Positions 49,838 through 64,000 of a DNA stretch of 64,000 nt are shown piece after piece. Numbering within the stretch: the stretch's first letter is position 1; each line of letters starts with the position of its first letter. The stretch is taken from contig OZ316776.1 of assembly GCA_973851085.1 (NCBI GenBank), positions 14,818,001 to 14,882,000 of the forward strand, read 5' to 3'. The notes beneath the pieces are model-generated. The model worked only from the letters and a program-made list of their open reading frames with translations. It did not search any database and was not told the origin of the DNA. Position numbers and translations under genes: made by a program. The stretch is from Ptychomitrium polyphyllum (lineage: Eukaryota).

Positions 49838-52800
49838 GGAAATCTTTAGCCAATTCCTTGGAGTGTAAGCTCCTGTAAATGTTGAATTGAGCCATTCTTT
49901 GTCCTAGTAGCCATCATTGCAAGCGATCCAGAGATGCAAACATGTGTAAGAAAATAGTTATATCATACCTTCATTTACTGTATGAGCTGCTGAGGACTCT
50001 GTTAAGGAGTAGATAAATGTGATGGAATTCGATTAATCAATTTTGAAAGAATTTGCTTCCTATTTCTCCTTTCAGTCTTTTCTTTCTTATATACAGTAGT
50101 TGCTGTATTCTTTTGATCCATTGTGATCAGATGGTAAGGGAATCATGTATATGTCAATGACAAGCGGATGTGTACCTCTTACAAAGGAGCTTGCAATGAA
50201 CCGCACCAGAATATGCAGGAATGTTTAGCAGAGACTTGCAAATATCGGATTTGCATTCGAATGTTCAAATTCCTGGCGAAAGAAAGTTCTGCTTGGAATT
50301 AGTAACAAATGATTCGCAACGGTGCATCGTCACAAACTCACTCACTGCTGGATTATACATTGAACCTGTTGGTATTTATATGAGGCTCACTTCTTTCGCT
50401 TGAAAGTCCTACAAGAGCGTCTTACAGCAGAGGCGTTCATCAAAATGGAAACGCTACTGTTTGACACATTGTGATTGCATGGGCAACAAATATACTACAA
50501 TTCCTACCTACAATCTGACTTCTTAATCTGAAAATCGCACACCAAAGATTCAAGGGAACCCCCTCAATAGTCTAAAAAACCAAAATAAACACTTTGACAC
50601 TAGTGTCGAAGACTAACGGCATATATGTGCCTGTTGTTTGCTGGCCGCTCATACCAACAATACTTCACCAAGTCAAATCCCACTAACTGACAATGCACAC
50701 AAAAAATGACCGTAGTGTCTCCACATACAACTGTCACACCTGGATCACCTGCCATTACTTGGGGTCGCTTAAGCACCTCTTTTGGATACTTGAAGTACTT
50801 ACGGCATTTCAGCCACCTTCAAAACCTCCTTCTCACCACCTTATTTATAAATTATATGCTCGAGCAGGGATAATACCACCTGGTAGGCACTTCACTGAGC
50901 GTCCTCCATTTTTTTGTTCTGTAACCATACAGATAGTGGTCCACTTGTCTTCATCTGTGAATATAGTGTCCTTTTATGGTTAATGATTCTATAGTTTTGA
51001 GTGACTTGGTCTACTACCATGAAAACAATATCGTGGTCTTATGAGACATGGATGTAAGGTTCTGGAATTTGACGGAAGTTCTCATTCACGGGATTGGAAA
51101 CAATATGGCGCCGAATTCGAATCCCAGAATTTCCATACACTGAGAAGATGAGTCCTCCGTGGCAGCCAATGTGCGCTTTGACCATTCCGAATACAAGTGG
51201 ATTATATCTGCGGACTGCCCGTTAAAGCAATGAAGCATATAATTCTTAATGAAGGAATCACTGAGGGAGAAGAACCTCTGCGCCACCATGCCCAGACCTT
51301 TCTTTAATAGGCCTTTGAGCCCTGTCTGCCGAACCAACTGGATTGAAGTCCAACAACTTCGACATGATGAGGATGAATACCACTCGTATTCCTTACTAGC
51401 CATTGCGGCAACGACCCTTTTCACACTAATATTGCAGTTGCTAGGTAGGATTGTTGGTCATCACTCAGGGAGTCCTTGACTCTGTTCCTCGTTGACATTG
51501 CTAATCGTACAAGTTTCTTGAACACTGTTGTTCAATTTTAATGCTGTGTATCTTCCATAATCACTTGGATCGCGGCAATCCATTTGCGTTTTGAGCAATT
51601 CACACAGGTTGACTGCAGACAAGTGCATTGGCAGTCTGAGTATTTGGATTTGGTGGCAAGTGTATTTATGTTGAGTTCAATGATGCTACGCTACTTAAGA
51701 ACGGCACAGTTGTCATTGTGAAATACAATTTTGTATGACCCCATAACATTGCACTCTTAACCCTTACATGGCGCAATATTGGCAGCACGCATACAAGCAC
51801 TGCTGTCTGCAATCCGACCTTTACTTGGCTATGGCTCTTGATCTATCGAGGTTGCCCCGTTGTGGAAGATCTTGAACATTACAGCAATCACATTTGACTC
51901 ATTGAAGAATTCCTGCATCTCAGTATACCTGACCTAAAAATAGTACCCATCACAGAATCAGAGAAATTCACAGCTTCATTACCTTTTGTACCTATATCAA
52001 GCAACTGCAAGTTCTAAAGGGTAGCAGACAACACTGCCAGATCACCGTCGACAGATGACCCCTACTCAAGAATCCTTTATGCAGTTTCTCACGGTGTATT
52101 AAGCTTCCTTCACCACTCGGTACCCAATCTAGGTCCATGGCACCCATCGGGCAGATTTTGCTCACCACTGAAGATTCCGCTAAGAATACTTAGTCAACAA
52201 CAATAAACAATACTTTAGATACATTTAATTTTGTTATTTCTTGCTCTAGCCTGATTCTTATGTGTTTCTGAAGTGACACTAGCAGTTGTTTCTGGGACAT
52301 CAAATTTTGGTGGTCACTGGATTTGTTGCAATTGCGGCTCACCACGGCAGATTCATGAACCGAGAGCCATAAGTTCAGCAGAAATTTTGCTCAAGCATTT
52401 CCTTTCTAGAATCTGATTTCTAATCGTCTATAGACATGGGTCGTCTCACTTGAAATGCTTGGAACCATGCTTCTGGAATGTGTTAGTAACGTACCTTCTT
52501 TCGTGTCTGCAAAATCGCAAACACACTTCAGGGTTGAAGTTGCTTGAATTATAAGCTTCAGTTGCCGGTGCAATTACTTAATTGATATATCTCCTAATTG
52601 GGCTGCAAATGAACTTGAACTTCGGAATTTGGACCCAAGCTGTGGCTTGTGGCTTCTGTGCATATTATGATATGTAGTTAAAATGGTGAGATCGTGAGCA
52701 ACTCTAGTTCAAGTTGAACTATCCTTGTAATAACTGGTCCTGAAATGTTTAATTATAGTTTCTGATTAAGGTGGTATCACATGTCGCACGACGAAGGAAA

Positions 52801-52862
52801 AAGGATTTATAAGTGCAGTTTTAATGATACACTGATGTGCAACGTTGATAAGTTGATTGCAG

Positions 52863-55193
52863 CTGACTAGGAGGGTCTGAAGTACTCTCCTCCATATCTG
52901 GATCCTAGCACCCATGGCGACCAGCTTCTGCAGGGAGTGAATTATGCCTCTGGTGGTGGAGGAATCCTTGACGAAACTGGGGCTGCAATCCTTGTGAGTA
53001 ATCAACAACCAACCCTCTATCTCTCCGTGACTAGTGTCAATGAACGTTCATTGCCTACCCTTGAACTATAGCAATTGCCTCAAGAGGTCAAGGATGTGAC
53101 CTGTTGTCACACAGAATACTACGATTTGCAGGGTAGGATTGTCATAATAAGATGGCTTTAGGATCACACTTCTTAATTGCTATTTGCGTGGCTAGCCTCT
53201 TGGTTTGACAATAGTCTTTCTGACGTTTCCTGACTCTCGAGGATGCAGAATGGGCGTCGATCATCAACATGCAAGTTTCGTATTTCAATAGGACTGTGGT
53301 GGAACTGGGCGCACTTCTTGGAGCTGCCAAGTCAGCAACGCTCTTAGCTGAATCGCTCATTGTGGTGTCCCTAGGGACCAACGACTACATTTATAATTAC
53401 CTGGAAAACTCATCCTTGAGTGCAGAATACGATCCTGACCAGTTCCACACTTTCCTTGCTTCCCAGCTCAAGGCACACATCAAAGTATAGAAACAAAGCT
53501 GAAGTACCAAGCTTTGCTTTTCACTTTTGGCTTTTCTAAACTGGGCCTTGATTACAGAGACATAATTAACTTCGTGAATTTCTTCTTGCTTGTACTGTGC
53601 AGACTATGTAAAACTTGGGTGCAAGGAAGTTCCTTGTGATGTCCTTGGGTCCATTTGGTTGCATCCCAATCAGAATTGCTATTGGATCCTCAAGTGGAGC
53701 ATATGTGACTTCTGATAATGATATGGCAGAGGGTTTCAACACTGCCATGCAAGCAGTGATACAAGAGCTTTCTAGCTCTTTGCAGACAGCAATGATTTTG
53801 TATGGCAACACATATTCCACAGTTTTGGACACCATAAAAACCGCAGGGAAACAAGGTATGCTTGCATAACAATCTTCCATTGCCAACACTCCTCAATGAT
53901 GTCTCTAAAAGCCATTTTGAAGTTATCATGTCTGATAAAATTGAGTCAAAGATGGAAGCCCACAGATGGGTCCAAAGCTACTGATTTTTGCTACGTAGGT
54001 GGTTCCACAACTTACCACAATTATCAATCTTAAATGCATCATTACAATTTATAGTTTATTTTTGCTTTTCAAGCTTAAAAGAATCAAAGGTGAGTTGTTT
54101 CAACCACTCAAGTATATAACATATCTTTGAATGTTAAGTTTCATGATAGAATTAAAAACTCCTTTATAATTCAGTATATCTCAAAAGCAATCATGCATCA
54201 ATATGCTTAAATCTTAAAAATTTATGAAATACAGTGTTAAATCATTTGAATGAAATTAAATGAATAAGATTCAATAATTTTTAAGGAACTTGTGTCCAAT
54301 AATATGAAACTAACCTATGAATATGTTATTAATCAAAATAGTAAATACCTTCATTACTCCTATAGTGTGATAGTATTATTGAAAATACTAAATTTTATTT
54401 CCACATTATGGACTCTATAACATCCAAGAACTAAGAGGCTTAAGAAAAATATGTAGTACATGATGTCAATGGATTAACTTTTAGTCAAATTTTTATTTTT
54501 ACATCACAAATCATAACCTCAATGGCTAAATCTTAGACAGTCTTGTTTAATGATGATCAATCAAGGATTTAAAAAACACACACCATAACTTCAAAGGAAT
54601 TCATGATCATGGAAAGTAGCTTTATTATCTTCTATTCATTGTCGCATTCACAAATTTTGAGCTTCTATAACATGAAATTTATACTACCACATTATGTCTT
54701 CAAAGCATTGAAGTGTTTCTATTGGTAGGTTAAAAGAGGCCTTATATCTGATAATCTCATTCCTGACTAGAAGCCTTGAGATCAACATACATTGTTGAGA
54801 CTTATGATTCAAGGAAACAACTTGGGATTATGTCTAACAACATGCGCACAAATTATTCTGTAGGCAGTGCATCACTTCCATTTTGCCAATGGATTATTTG
54901 TCAAAGTCATGTCTGATTTCTCAATGTTTATGGCTATTCATGATGTGAGAACAGGCTTCCATGTCATCAACCAGGGCTGCTGTGCTTTTGGAAGAGTAAA
55001 GGGTCAGGTGCCATGCGGTCTTCTAAATGAATTTACACACTCCTTGTGTTCAAATCACAGCGAATACATTTTTTGGGAGCAGTTCCACCCTACAGAGTCT
55101 GTCAACATTATTCTAACCCAGAAGCTGTTCTATGGAACTATCTCCAACATCAAACCCATGAACTTGTATGAGCTTTCTCAGTGGACTCCATAA
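52863..55193 (+). pseudogene. GDSL esterase/lipase pseudogene
   Basis: Recognisable exons: 52863-52993 (D*EGLKYSPPYLDP...GVNYASGGGGILDETG, TAG at 52868), ~53249-53484 (SLGTNDY), 53603-53855 (TM*NLGARKF...GPFGCIP, TAA at 53609) and 54955-55193 (GCC...YIFWEQFHPTE, catalytic Asp replaced by Glu). No intact GDS-motif exon was found upstream. Confidence 0.85.
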
Positions 55194-55475
55194 CAGGCGA
55201 CAGTAGTCATGCTTGAAGTAATTTATTATGCAGGTGTAGGTGAAGCATGAAAAAGTGAACCAACTGTTGATCTTTCTGCTTGACTGAAGCCACTGAAACA
55301 GAAAGGTAGAGAAATTAGCATTAAAAAGCATTGTAAAAGGAGAACTTTGAGTGATAATCAAAAAATTATATAACATTTAGAATCTATGATTGTAATTCTG
55401 TAAGGAAATCCATAACATCTAAGAACTGGTGCAAGGGTGACCCTTCATTAGAATCTACAATATTCACCTAAATCA

Positions 55476-55546
55476 AAAATTGTTGACTATTTGTCAATCA
55501 TGGTTCAACTTTAAAATTGTTGACTATTTGTCAATCATGGTTCAAC
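55476..55546. repeat. 37-bp tandem duplication containing a TTGAC-N5-GTCAA palindrome
   Basis: AAAATTGTTGACTATTTGTCAATCATGGTTCAAC is present twice in tandem. Confidence 0.8.
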
Positions 55547-58500
55547 AAGTTCTAAATTTGATTCATAAATTGGTTCCTAAATGGAAGGCCATCCTAGCAC
55601 TTGTTGGAGAATGTTATATTCATCTTTTAATGCAAATAGATGAATTTGAATGAAATGCAAGTAATTTGAAAGTGGTGCAATTGACATTGTTCTTATAAAA
55701 TATTAATGAGAAGTGGGATACATGACTAGTCATTATAAATAAAGCATTAAAATATAAAACAATGCATGTTTGCCAAATTCAATTGAAGTACATATGATTA
55801 AAATATTTATATTTTGTAGGAACTTGTATAGACAAAGTTCTAAATGCAAAGAAATCTAAGCAACAAACAACATATTTTGTAGTAATAGATTATTCAATTT
55901 GATTTAAATTAATAAAATAGATGTTAACAAAAGCATATAAAATAAAAGAAAAACAACTTACATTGCAACCTACAAATTATTTACAGCTGCCAAGAAAGTT
56001 CTAAGACTGTAATCCATTATGAAGCTTTAAATACTATTCAAATTTTTTTAATTAGTATTTCATTATATTTAAATTATATATTTGAAGTATATACATTATT
56101 GGCTTTTTGTAATTTTAATTAAGATGTAGTTAAAAATGTGTGTGATAATATGCCAAAGTATATTAAATAATTATGGTTGACAACATAAACATTGATAAAA
56201 TTTTAAGTGAATCTTTAAAATAGTGCAAAAATTTGAAGTTTATGAAATTGTTAAGTTTGAAATTCATTTATTTTTAAACCATGGCTCTTTTTTTATTCAA
56301 ATTTTTAGAATTGTTATAGATATTAAATATAAACATACATTTAATCATTCCAAATTTATTCACTAATTCTTATGATTTGACTCTTCAAAGAAATAAGTGT
56401 ATGCATTGGACTAAAATGTATTGAAATTGTAATCTAAGCGCATCAATACTTGACACTTTGTAAACTTAAATTTTATTTTTAATCTTGAAGATATTTATAA
56501 TAGCAAACTTTTCATGGTTCTTGACAAATGAAACAACTACCTAATCAAATGAAATAAAAGTTAATAATTAATAATCTTTTGAAATAGACTTCTATAGTAA
56601 AATTATCAATAAATGGTTTAAAAAACATTTAAAAATGAACATGATATTGTGATAGTAGATGAAGTTAAATTCAATATCACCAATCTTATATCTTTGATTT
56701 CAAAAAATATATATGCTCTTTATTTAAATCTCATATATTTGTTAATTTTGGATTTAGATTTACTAATCAACCATTCTACATCTATTCTTGCCTGTTCATA
56801 AAAAAAAAATTCCATAAAGGATGTAATATCTTAGTTGTATTATAAAAATAATTTAAACTAAAAATATTGGTTGCAATGAAATGTATACAACATAATTGAA
56901 ATTAAGAGTTATATTTCAAGGATTTTATTTTATTTGTTAATAGTTCAAATTTACTCATTCAAAAACACCAACTATTATATGCAAATGGATCGTAAAGCAA
57001 TTCTATGGTTGAATTTTCATGCATAGTTGGCAATTAAAGAACTCCTATTATTTATTGTTTAGAAGAAATTAACATCAAAGGTCTGATTATAGAATATTGC
57101 ATAATTTCAATCATCCAAAAGTATACATTATTAATCCCTTAGAACACTTTCATTAAATTTTTAGACTGAACTTGTGAACCTAAAATAAATTCTGCTAATC
57201 AAAAAGTACTTTAGTTTATACAACCTAATTGTGATTGTTGTACTAAACTCATGCAATTCAAATACAAGCAACTTTATAAAGAAATGTAATAAAAATTACA
57301 GCGGACCTCCTGCCACTAAATAGGCCGCAACATTCTTGTCTCATATTGGATTCCAACATGTATTAGTTTATTACAAAGAAGACTTGATTTTGTTCCACGC
57401 CTCAAAATTTCAGCTCCAAAATCGGTTTCAAACTCTAGATCTCTTTGTTCAAAAAACAACACATTGCTAAGCGCCGACAACGGACCTCGTGACACTCAAT
57501 CGAGTGCTACCAATGCCAGAAGCTTTGATTCTTGAGTTCTTGGTGTCTATGGAACCGCAACAATAAGATCTAGCTTCTCTTAGAATTTAAAACTCTAATA
57601 TATATATAAAGGCGAGGGCAAAAACGGACAGAATCTAAGGGCAAGTTTCAACCGTTTTGTAGGCGCAATGAAATCGCCAGCCCCGTCGCACTAAATTAGC
57701 CGCCACCAACACTTTACGGCTCTAAATCTTAAGGTCTTTGTATTTATAGAATTTCCACAACTTGATCTACCTTCTCCAATAAATCTTATTTTATTTGGAG
57801 TTGTATGCGCCATAACCCGCTCCTCCAAAGTTGAGTATCTTGAACTGCAATGGCTGTCAACTTCCTTCCACTAAAAACGCTGCCACCACCTTGTCCCTTA
57901 TTGGAATTTGGCGAGCTTTACCTTGATGGAATCCTTACTTATTCTAGCTTCACCCTACAAAAAACCACTATCATAACTATTGTCATTTATTTGCAATCTC
58001 TTGTCAAAATTTTGGAATTTTTCTTTTTAACCCTCATTCTCTTCTACACACTTCTCACTTTTAATAACCTTGTTCCTTGTATTTCCAATTATTTAAAATT
58101 GTGCTCTTCCAAGCCCCCTTCAAACTACTCTACATTCTCCTTAAATACCCTCCTTCAAATCTTGAGTTTTTTAACCAAATTGTAACAATAATGTTTTTTA
58201 ATTCTAAAAATTTCTAAATTTAGCTATTATTTCCAAATCTAGGTGTTCCATGGATTTCAACCAATCTTCTAAATTTAACTACTATTTTAAATATCAAAAT
58301 TTTGGCCCTATTAATTAAAATTAGCATTATTTATTAATTTTTGCCCTAATGACTAAATTTGGATTATCATCTAAATTTAATATTTTTCTAAATTAAAACC
58401 TACTTATATTTAATTTTTTCCATCATAAATAAGCTGAACTTATCCTTCTTCCTTCATAATTGAATTGGAATTAGTTAAAAAATATAAACTAAGTCTTTTA

Positions 58501-61500
58501 GAGCTATCTAATGAGAATTCTTTCAAAATCCAATTAATTATAGAATGCACCCAATTAGTTATATTTTAAAAGGAATCCTTCACTATTACCACTATTTATA
58601 TTTATTTTTAATGATTTTTTTACTTTTCCCTCTTTTTTTAATTAGTGGTTTTCATTTTAGAAATATTAGCTATTTGTAGTATGATATTAGGTAATTAGTA
58701 GCTATTACTCAAACAAGGATGAAATGCAAATTAAAAATAAATATAAAATTTCAGGAATTGTTAACTTTGAGTACTAAATAATCAAATGAGCAGATTATTT
58801 GGCTCATAGAACCTTCATAAAGATTGTCGTAAACTAAAATGTAATTTAGAGCTTTATTTTTAATTTCAATCATTGTCAAATTATATAAGAAATTTTGGCC
58901 AAAAGTTGAAATTCAATAACTTACAAGTAGAGTCCTTAACCTTGAAACCACATGCATATGGCCATAGAATTGAATTTTATTTTTGCAATTAATTATAATA
59001 TGTCAATAAGAAAAAATTGGACTTTATATTTTTAGTGATTGAAGTTATACATCAATGGCATATTAAGGAATTTTTAAATATATGGTGAAATTTGAAATCT
59101 TTATTATTATTTGAAGTGATTGTAATGAAAATTCATATTAATTATATAATATACTCAAAATATTTATCAAAAGTGTAGAATACAAAGAAGAACTCTAAAA
59201 TGGATGAAATCGTTTGAATTTATTAATTAAAGAAATTATTTCATTGTAAGAGGTGCTTAATTTGAAAGTGCAAGAAAAAAATTCTAGTTTGAAGAATTTC
59301 ATTCTAGTTTTAAGAATTTTTAGTGCAAGACTTCAAATTGGAGAAAATTCATTTTTCTTGATCAAACTCAAGCATAAAAACAATAATTTCATGGCTTGAT
59401 TTTGAATTTGATAGAAATAGCTAACTCTTTTGCAGAACCAAAAACTGCCTTGTTTATTTAAATCTAATTTTAAAATGTGGAAAAATACATCAATCATTTT
59501 TTTTAAATAAAAGATCAAATAAAATCTCTTTTAACATGTGAATTTGAATAGTCACTATCATTAAGGACTTTGATGTGGTTTCAAGGTTGCAGATTTAAGA
59601 GATTCACTACTAAGTTTGCAACTTGAAATTCCTACTAAGGACCTCCTTTCAAGGGGCATTAGTCTTGTCAAAAGCAGAACAAGACCATCAGATTCCACCA
59701 ATGGAGCTACTAGAGCTACTAGAGGAGATGAATGGAAATTGGGAATTCTAGGTTCTATTGGAACCTTCTTCATTGCTGGTAAGGATTCTGAACTTTCAAA
59801 ATTGAGCCAAAACTATAATGTAACCAAAAACTTTTACTGGTGCAAACTTCACTCACTAGGTCCACATGAACATGAAGTTACCATTTTGGTACTGTTCTAG
59901 AATGGGTGATATCCACCCACCAATCTTTCATGGAAAAATGCCCTATTTTCCACACCTTTTCAATCCACTTACCAACAAGAGTACACTATTCTCAAAACAT
60001 GTGCTGCTGAATCAAATGGATGGCAATGACAAGCAATGTGGTCCAACGCAGCATTGTGGAAGTCCATTGAACCACTTCTACTGCAAGTACCAATGATATT
60101 TTTTGAATGGTTCGTGTCACTGGAATTTCCTTGGATCTTGAGGCCAAAGTGTCGTCCTAAGTACCTGGCGTTTCAACACGAAATCTTTTCTCCTCTGTCA
60201 GGTTCTCTCGCTTTTCAGTTGGGTGGCTTCAAATCAGAACGAGTCACTGTTGCTTTGGCATTCTGACGAGGCCCTGACTAGTACCGACCACTTTCAACTT
60301 TCATTCCGATCAATAGCAGGCTCGGATAAACAGCAGCTTGGATCAACTCAGCTGTTGCAAAAGCCTTGGTCAGGGATGGCTTGGTTATTAGGAGTTTGTG
60401 CCCAGCAGGTTGCCAGGAAGCTTCGAAGTGATAAATGGATAAGTATGAGCTGGAATGCCAACCCCCTGGTCCTTGGACCCCAATTGGATTAAATGCATCA
60501 TCAGTCATGGCCATTGACCACATGGATGTTATTGAACCCACTGGTGATTTTCACTGTTGCTATTAATAACCAGCTGGCTACACGGAAAATGGAACTTTCC
60601 ATGTAGTGGTAGTTGATGCATACAAAAAACAAATAACACTTTAAAATAAAATAAAATAAAAATTCTTTCAAATGAGGTACCTTTCCACTTTACTTTTTTT
60701 TTTTTCTTTTATTTCTTTTTTTTTCTTATTTTCCATCTTAGCATTAAATTTTATATTTGGTCCTGTTGTTTCCATGAACTCCACATGTTTGAGGTTTTCA
60801 AGGACAAATCAAAAAACACATTTTTATCTTGCTTTTCTTTGCACTTGTATATTGTAATTCATGATTTTTTCTCTTAACTTGTAATTACGTGTGTGTATTA
60901 GGGATAGGTACTAGGAATGAGTTCCGTATGAATACCAATGATTGACCCATTGTATTTGCTACTACTTTTTCATTTACCAAACAGTCTTTAAAATTCATCT
61001 GGTTTAATATGTAATTTAGCCAATAGCTAGATTTGATAGACGTATTAGTTTAGCTGAAATTTCATTTATTTCAAAGAACGATAGCAAGAATTCAACGCAA
61101 AAATTGCAACACTGCCCCCTGCCTTTGCCACATTTCTAGGAATTAAAAAATTTAAAAAGTCAAAAATGCACCTTCTCTTCAAACGTCATTTCTTTCCAGC
61201 AATGATCCCTTATTTCATTTTAAAACACTGACTTACAGTATTGGTTTTGAATGCATGAGCACGGGCTTTAAATGGTGACATAGCATATCTTGACAGGACT
61301 TGCTGATGCTTGTATTTAATGGACAAGGTGTGCAAGGACATGCTTGCAGTACACCTGTTAGGGATAAGGTGTAAGTATGCAACTTGAAGTTCAAGCTTTG
61401 TCAGCACCTATCATATTAAGTCTTGTCAGCTCATATCATTTCAAGTCAAATGGCACCATATTGCTTTGAAAAGAAAAGTCTGATAGAAAGTTCGGGGCTA

Positions 61501-61527
61501 TTCGCAAGCACCCACCAAGTTCTAATG

Positions 61528-61639
61528 CTGTTTGGATCCACCCCTCAGGCTCATACTGTTTGGATTCACCTCTCAGGCTCATACTGTTTGGATTCACCTC
61601 TCAGGCTCATACTGTTTGGATCCACCCCTCAAGCTCATA
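61528..61639. repeat. 28-bp tandem repeat x4 (minisatellite)
   Basis: CTGTTTGGAT(C/T)CACC(C/T)CTCA(G/A)GCTCATA occurs four times head-to-tail with no spacers. Confidence 0.9.
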
Positions 61640-64000
61640 CATTTGGCGTATGCGGCTCTTTTTAAGAGCTTTTCCCTTTTACTTTAAAGTTGGTTGTACA
61701 AAACCATTTTCTTCCCGTTCAATCAAACCTTGCTAAAAAAATTTAAAATCCCATTTGAATCCTCTTTCATCAACTCCTTTTGTACACCTGTCAATATGCT
61801 TTTGGAAATGGAAATGGGAAGAAAAAAAAGTTTTAAAAAAAACGTTTTTAAAAAAAAAAAAAAAAAAGTAAAAAAACAAAAACAAAAACAAAAACAAAAA
61901 GAAGGAGGAGGAGAAGGAGAATTTGATATTTATTTTTCAAGTTGGGTGACCATATGGAATTTGGAGCTCCTTGAAACGTAACCTGAGGTGACCTTATGTG
62001 AAAAGTGGATTAGGTGGGTACATGCAAACTGGCCCTAATGTGAATGCTTAGCCGATCTGGAAAAGCATTATGATCAGAAGAATTAAAAGAAACAAATGAT
62101 GAATGTTTGAGATTGATTTTGAGCTTCCAAGTCCATCTAGAAGTTCCTAGATATATTTCATTAATCAAGTCAATGACAGGAGCTAAGGACATAAGCTGAG
62201 TACATAAAAGCTCTGTAGGGAATTATTTTGACAGTATCCCATCATTAGTCCACTTTCAGCTTATAAGTAAATACTTTATTTTTGTCGACTTAAATTCAAA
62301 CACAATAGAATTTTCATTTCAGATTTAAGAATGTGCATTTTATATGATAAACATGTGCACTAAAACTGTAAAATACTGGACCTTGGTGTTGCATTGCTAC
62401 GCAGAAAACCTTTGCTTTCGCACTATGTATTGTGTAATATGTACATGAATTTTGAGACTGCATTCGAGTTGGATATCTTAGTTTGTCAAGAATGCTTCCT
62501 TTTCTTTTTGATACGTAAACACACTTATTAATGATCACAGTCCAACTGTCAAGAGTGCTTCCTATTCTTATTGTTTTGCATCAAGCTTGAACTATTTTTG
62601 CCTCAGAAGGTCTCCTAGCAAAGTTTATTGCAAGGATGCTTATCCAGTGCAGCAGCAGAGGAAAGTCAGCAAAGTCCTACAGCTAAGCACACAGACATAG
62701 CCCAATTTCGGACAGCAACAATAGATGCTCTCTACAATTTCCAATTTTCTGAATTCCAACCTGGATCGAAAGTTAAACCAAGGTATTTAAACACATGCAG
62801 GAACTATTGGAAGGTAGAAAACACCGGCGATGCAGCAGACGTTCAATGATGCTTCAGAGCAGCGTTGTGTCATATCTTTTTCAGATCGTGCCGAGCCTTG
62901 TAACCTAGATTGACATGTTTTGTAGATGATGTTTTCAAGGAAATAAAAGCAAGATTTTCCTTGTCCATGCTGTTACGAATTACATCGGTGCTCAAGTTGT
63001 ATCGACGGTCTGATCGATATGAGTTCCCGGTCTTCTCCTGCTCGAGATGAGTATCCGATCGATATGATTTGGTCAGCTGGATTTTAATGCTCGTAGGCGT
63101 GAGAAGATTAATCACAGGAGACTTCACGAAGAGGTGTGGTAGTCACAGCCTGTTGTCTTCCTTTCTCTTTTTCAGAAAAACCAAAGAGGTTGCACGTAAG
63201 AACTTCCTTGAAACTTTTTCCGAATGTACCTGCTTCAAACCCCCGGTCAGAACAAACACAGGCTCAACAACAAATCCTCTCTTTTATCTGATACCCGGAT
63301 ACTCAGGGATGGACCGGATTGACCACACGCTATTAGGAAGGAACGTAGGAACTGTTTACCAGGATGGTCGTTATTCTTTTCTTCTTTTTACCATAAGGTA
63401 GCCGTCCTAATATCGGACAAGGTGGAACAACATTTTACCATTGCAATAAAGAATGCTTCCGTTTGCAAACGTTGTATGAATCCCAAAAACAACAGGATTT
63501 GAAGCCCAATGCAACTGACAGCACATTTTTTTTTAAAGAAATTTGAATAAATTTGAAATCTATAGAGGGTCATTTTTAAAAAGGTCATAATCCACCAACA
63601 GATCATCTCATTAACCATCCAAACAATATTCCTAACCATTCCTAACACAATTCATGCCAATTCCATTCAATAACCACCATGCACCAAGCTTGTATCTACC
63701 ACATGATTTCTTTTCTAAATTAATATAAATTTGTCTTCTTTTTCAATTACCACCATTCCATGATCCTATTTGTACCCTATCTCAAACCTATTACCACTAT
63801 TCACCAAACTTAAACTATGTATGACAAGAATTTGGTGGTTAATAGTAATACACATGATGATCCCTTGCCATGGGATTTTAGTGCTAATAGGTTGTTCTGC
63901 CCTAATCTCACCATTTTCATTTTCACTCATCATCTTCACCTCTGTATATTTTGCCCCATTTATCCATTATTACATACACAAATTATCATATTGTACTTCA

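Noticed and set aside
51086..51479. 112-aa and 76-aa ORFs upstream of the GDSL pseudogene
   Set aside because: No recognisable motif and no GDS block. They cannot be supported as genes or as the missing first exon.
61528..61639. 28-bp repeats of CRISPR-like length
   Set aside because: Units are head-to-tail with no unique spacers, there are no cas genes, and the context is eukaryotic. It is a minisatellite.

Overview
This is a eukaryotic land-plant window, most likely from a moss. The basis is GT-AG spliced genes, very AT-rich intergenic DNA, and an ACR3 gene, a family absent from flowering plants. Intact genes in order are: an intronless phytol/farnesol kinase, a plant membrane protein, an ALS3/STAR2 ABC permease, RPS14, an ACR3 arsenite antiporter with a Cys-containing N-terminal extension, a small KE-rich putative nucleolar protein, a signal peptide + L-type lectin + very long poly-proline stalk + TM protein, a J-domain protein with internal repeats, SPF27/MOS4, and a DUF218 (YdcF/SanA/ElyC-like) protein with a probable transit peptide. 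Decayed loci are a tandem protein-kinase pseudogene abutting a frameshifted LYRM7/MZM1-like copy (5.0-7.5 kb) and a GDSL lipase pseudogene (52-55 kb). There are a few short tandem and inverted repeats. I saw no CRISPR array, rRNA, tRNA or intact transposase. The most unusual items are the kinase-less lectin/poly-Pro membrane protein in an AT-rich island, the ACR3 N-terminal domain, the DUF218 protein and the kinase/LYR relic. Exon boundaries were read by eye, family assignments come from motif recognition, and no database searches were run.
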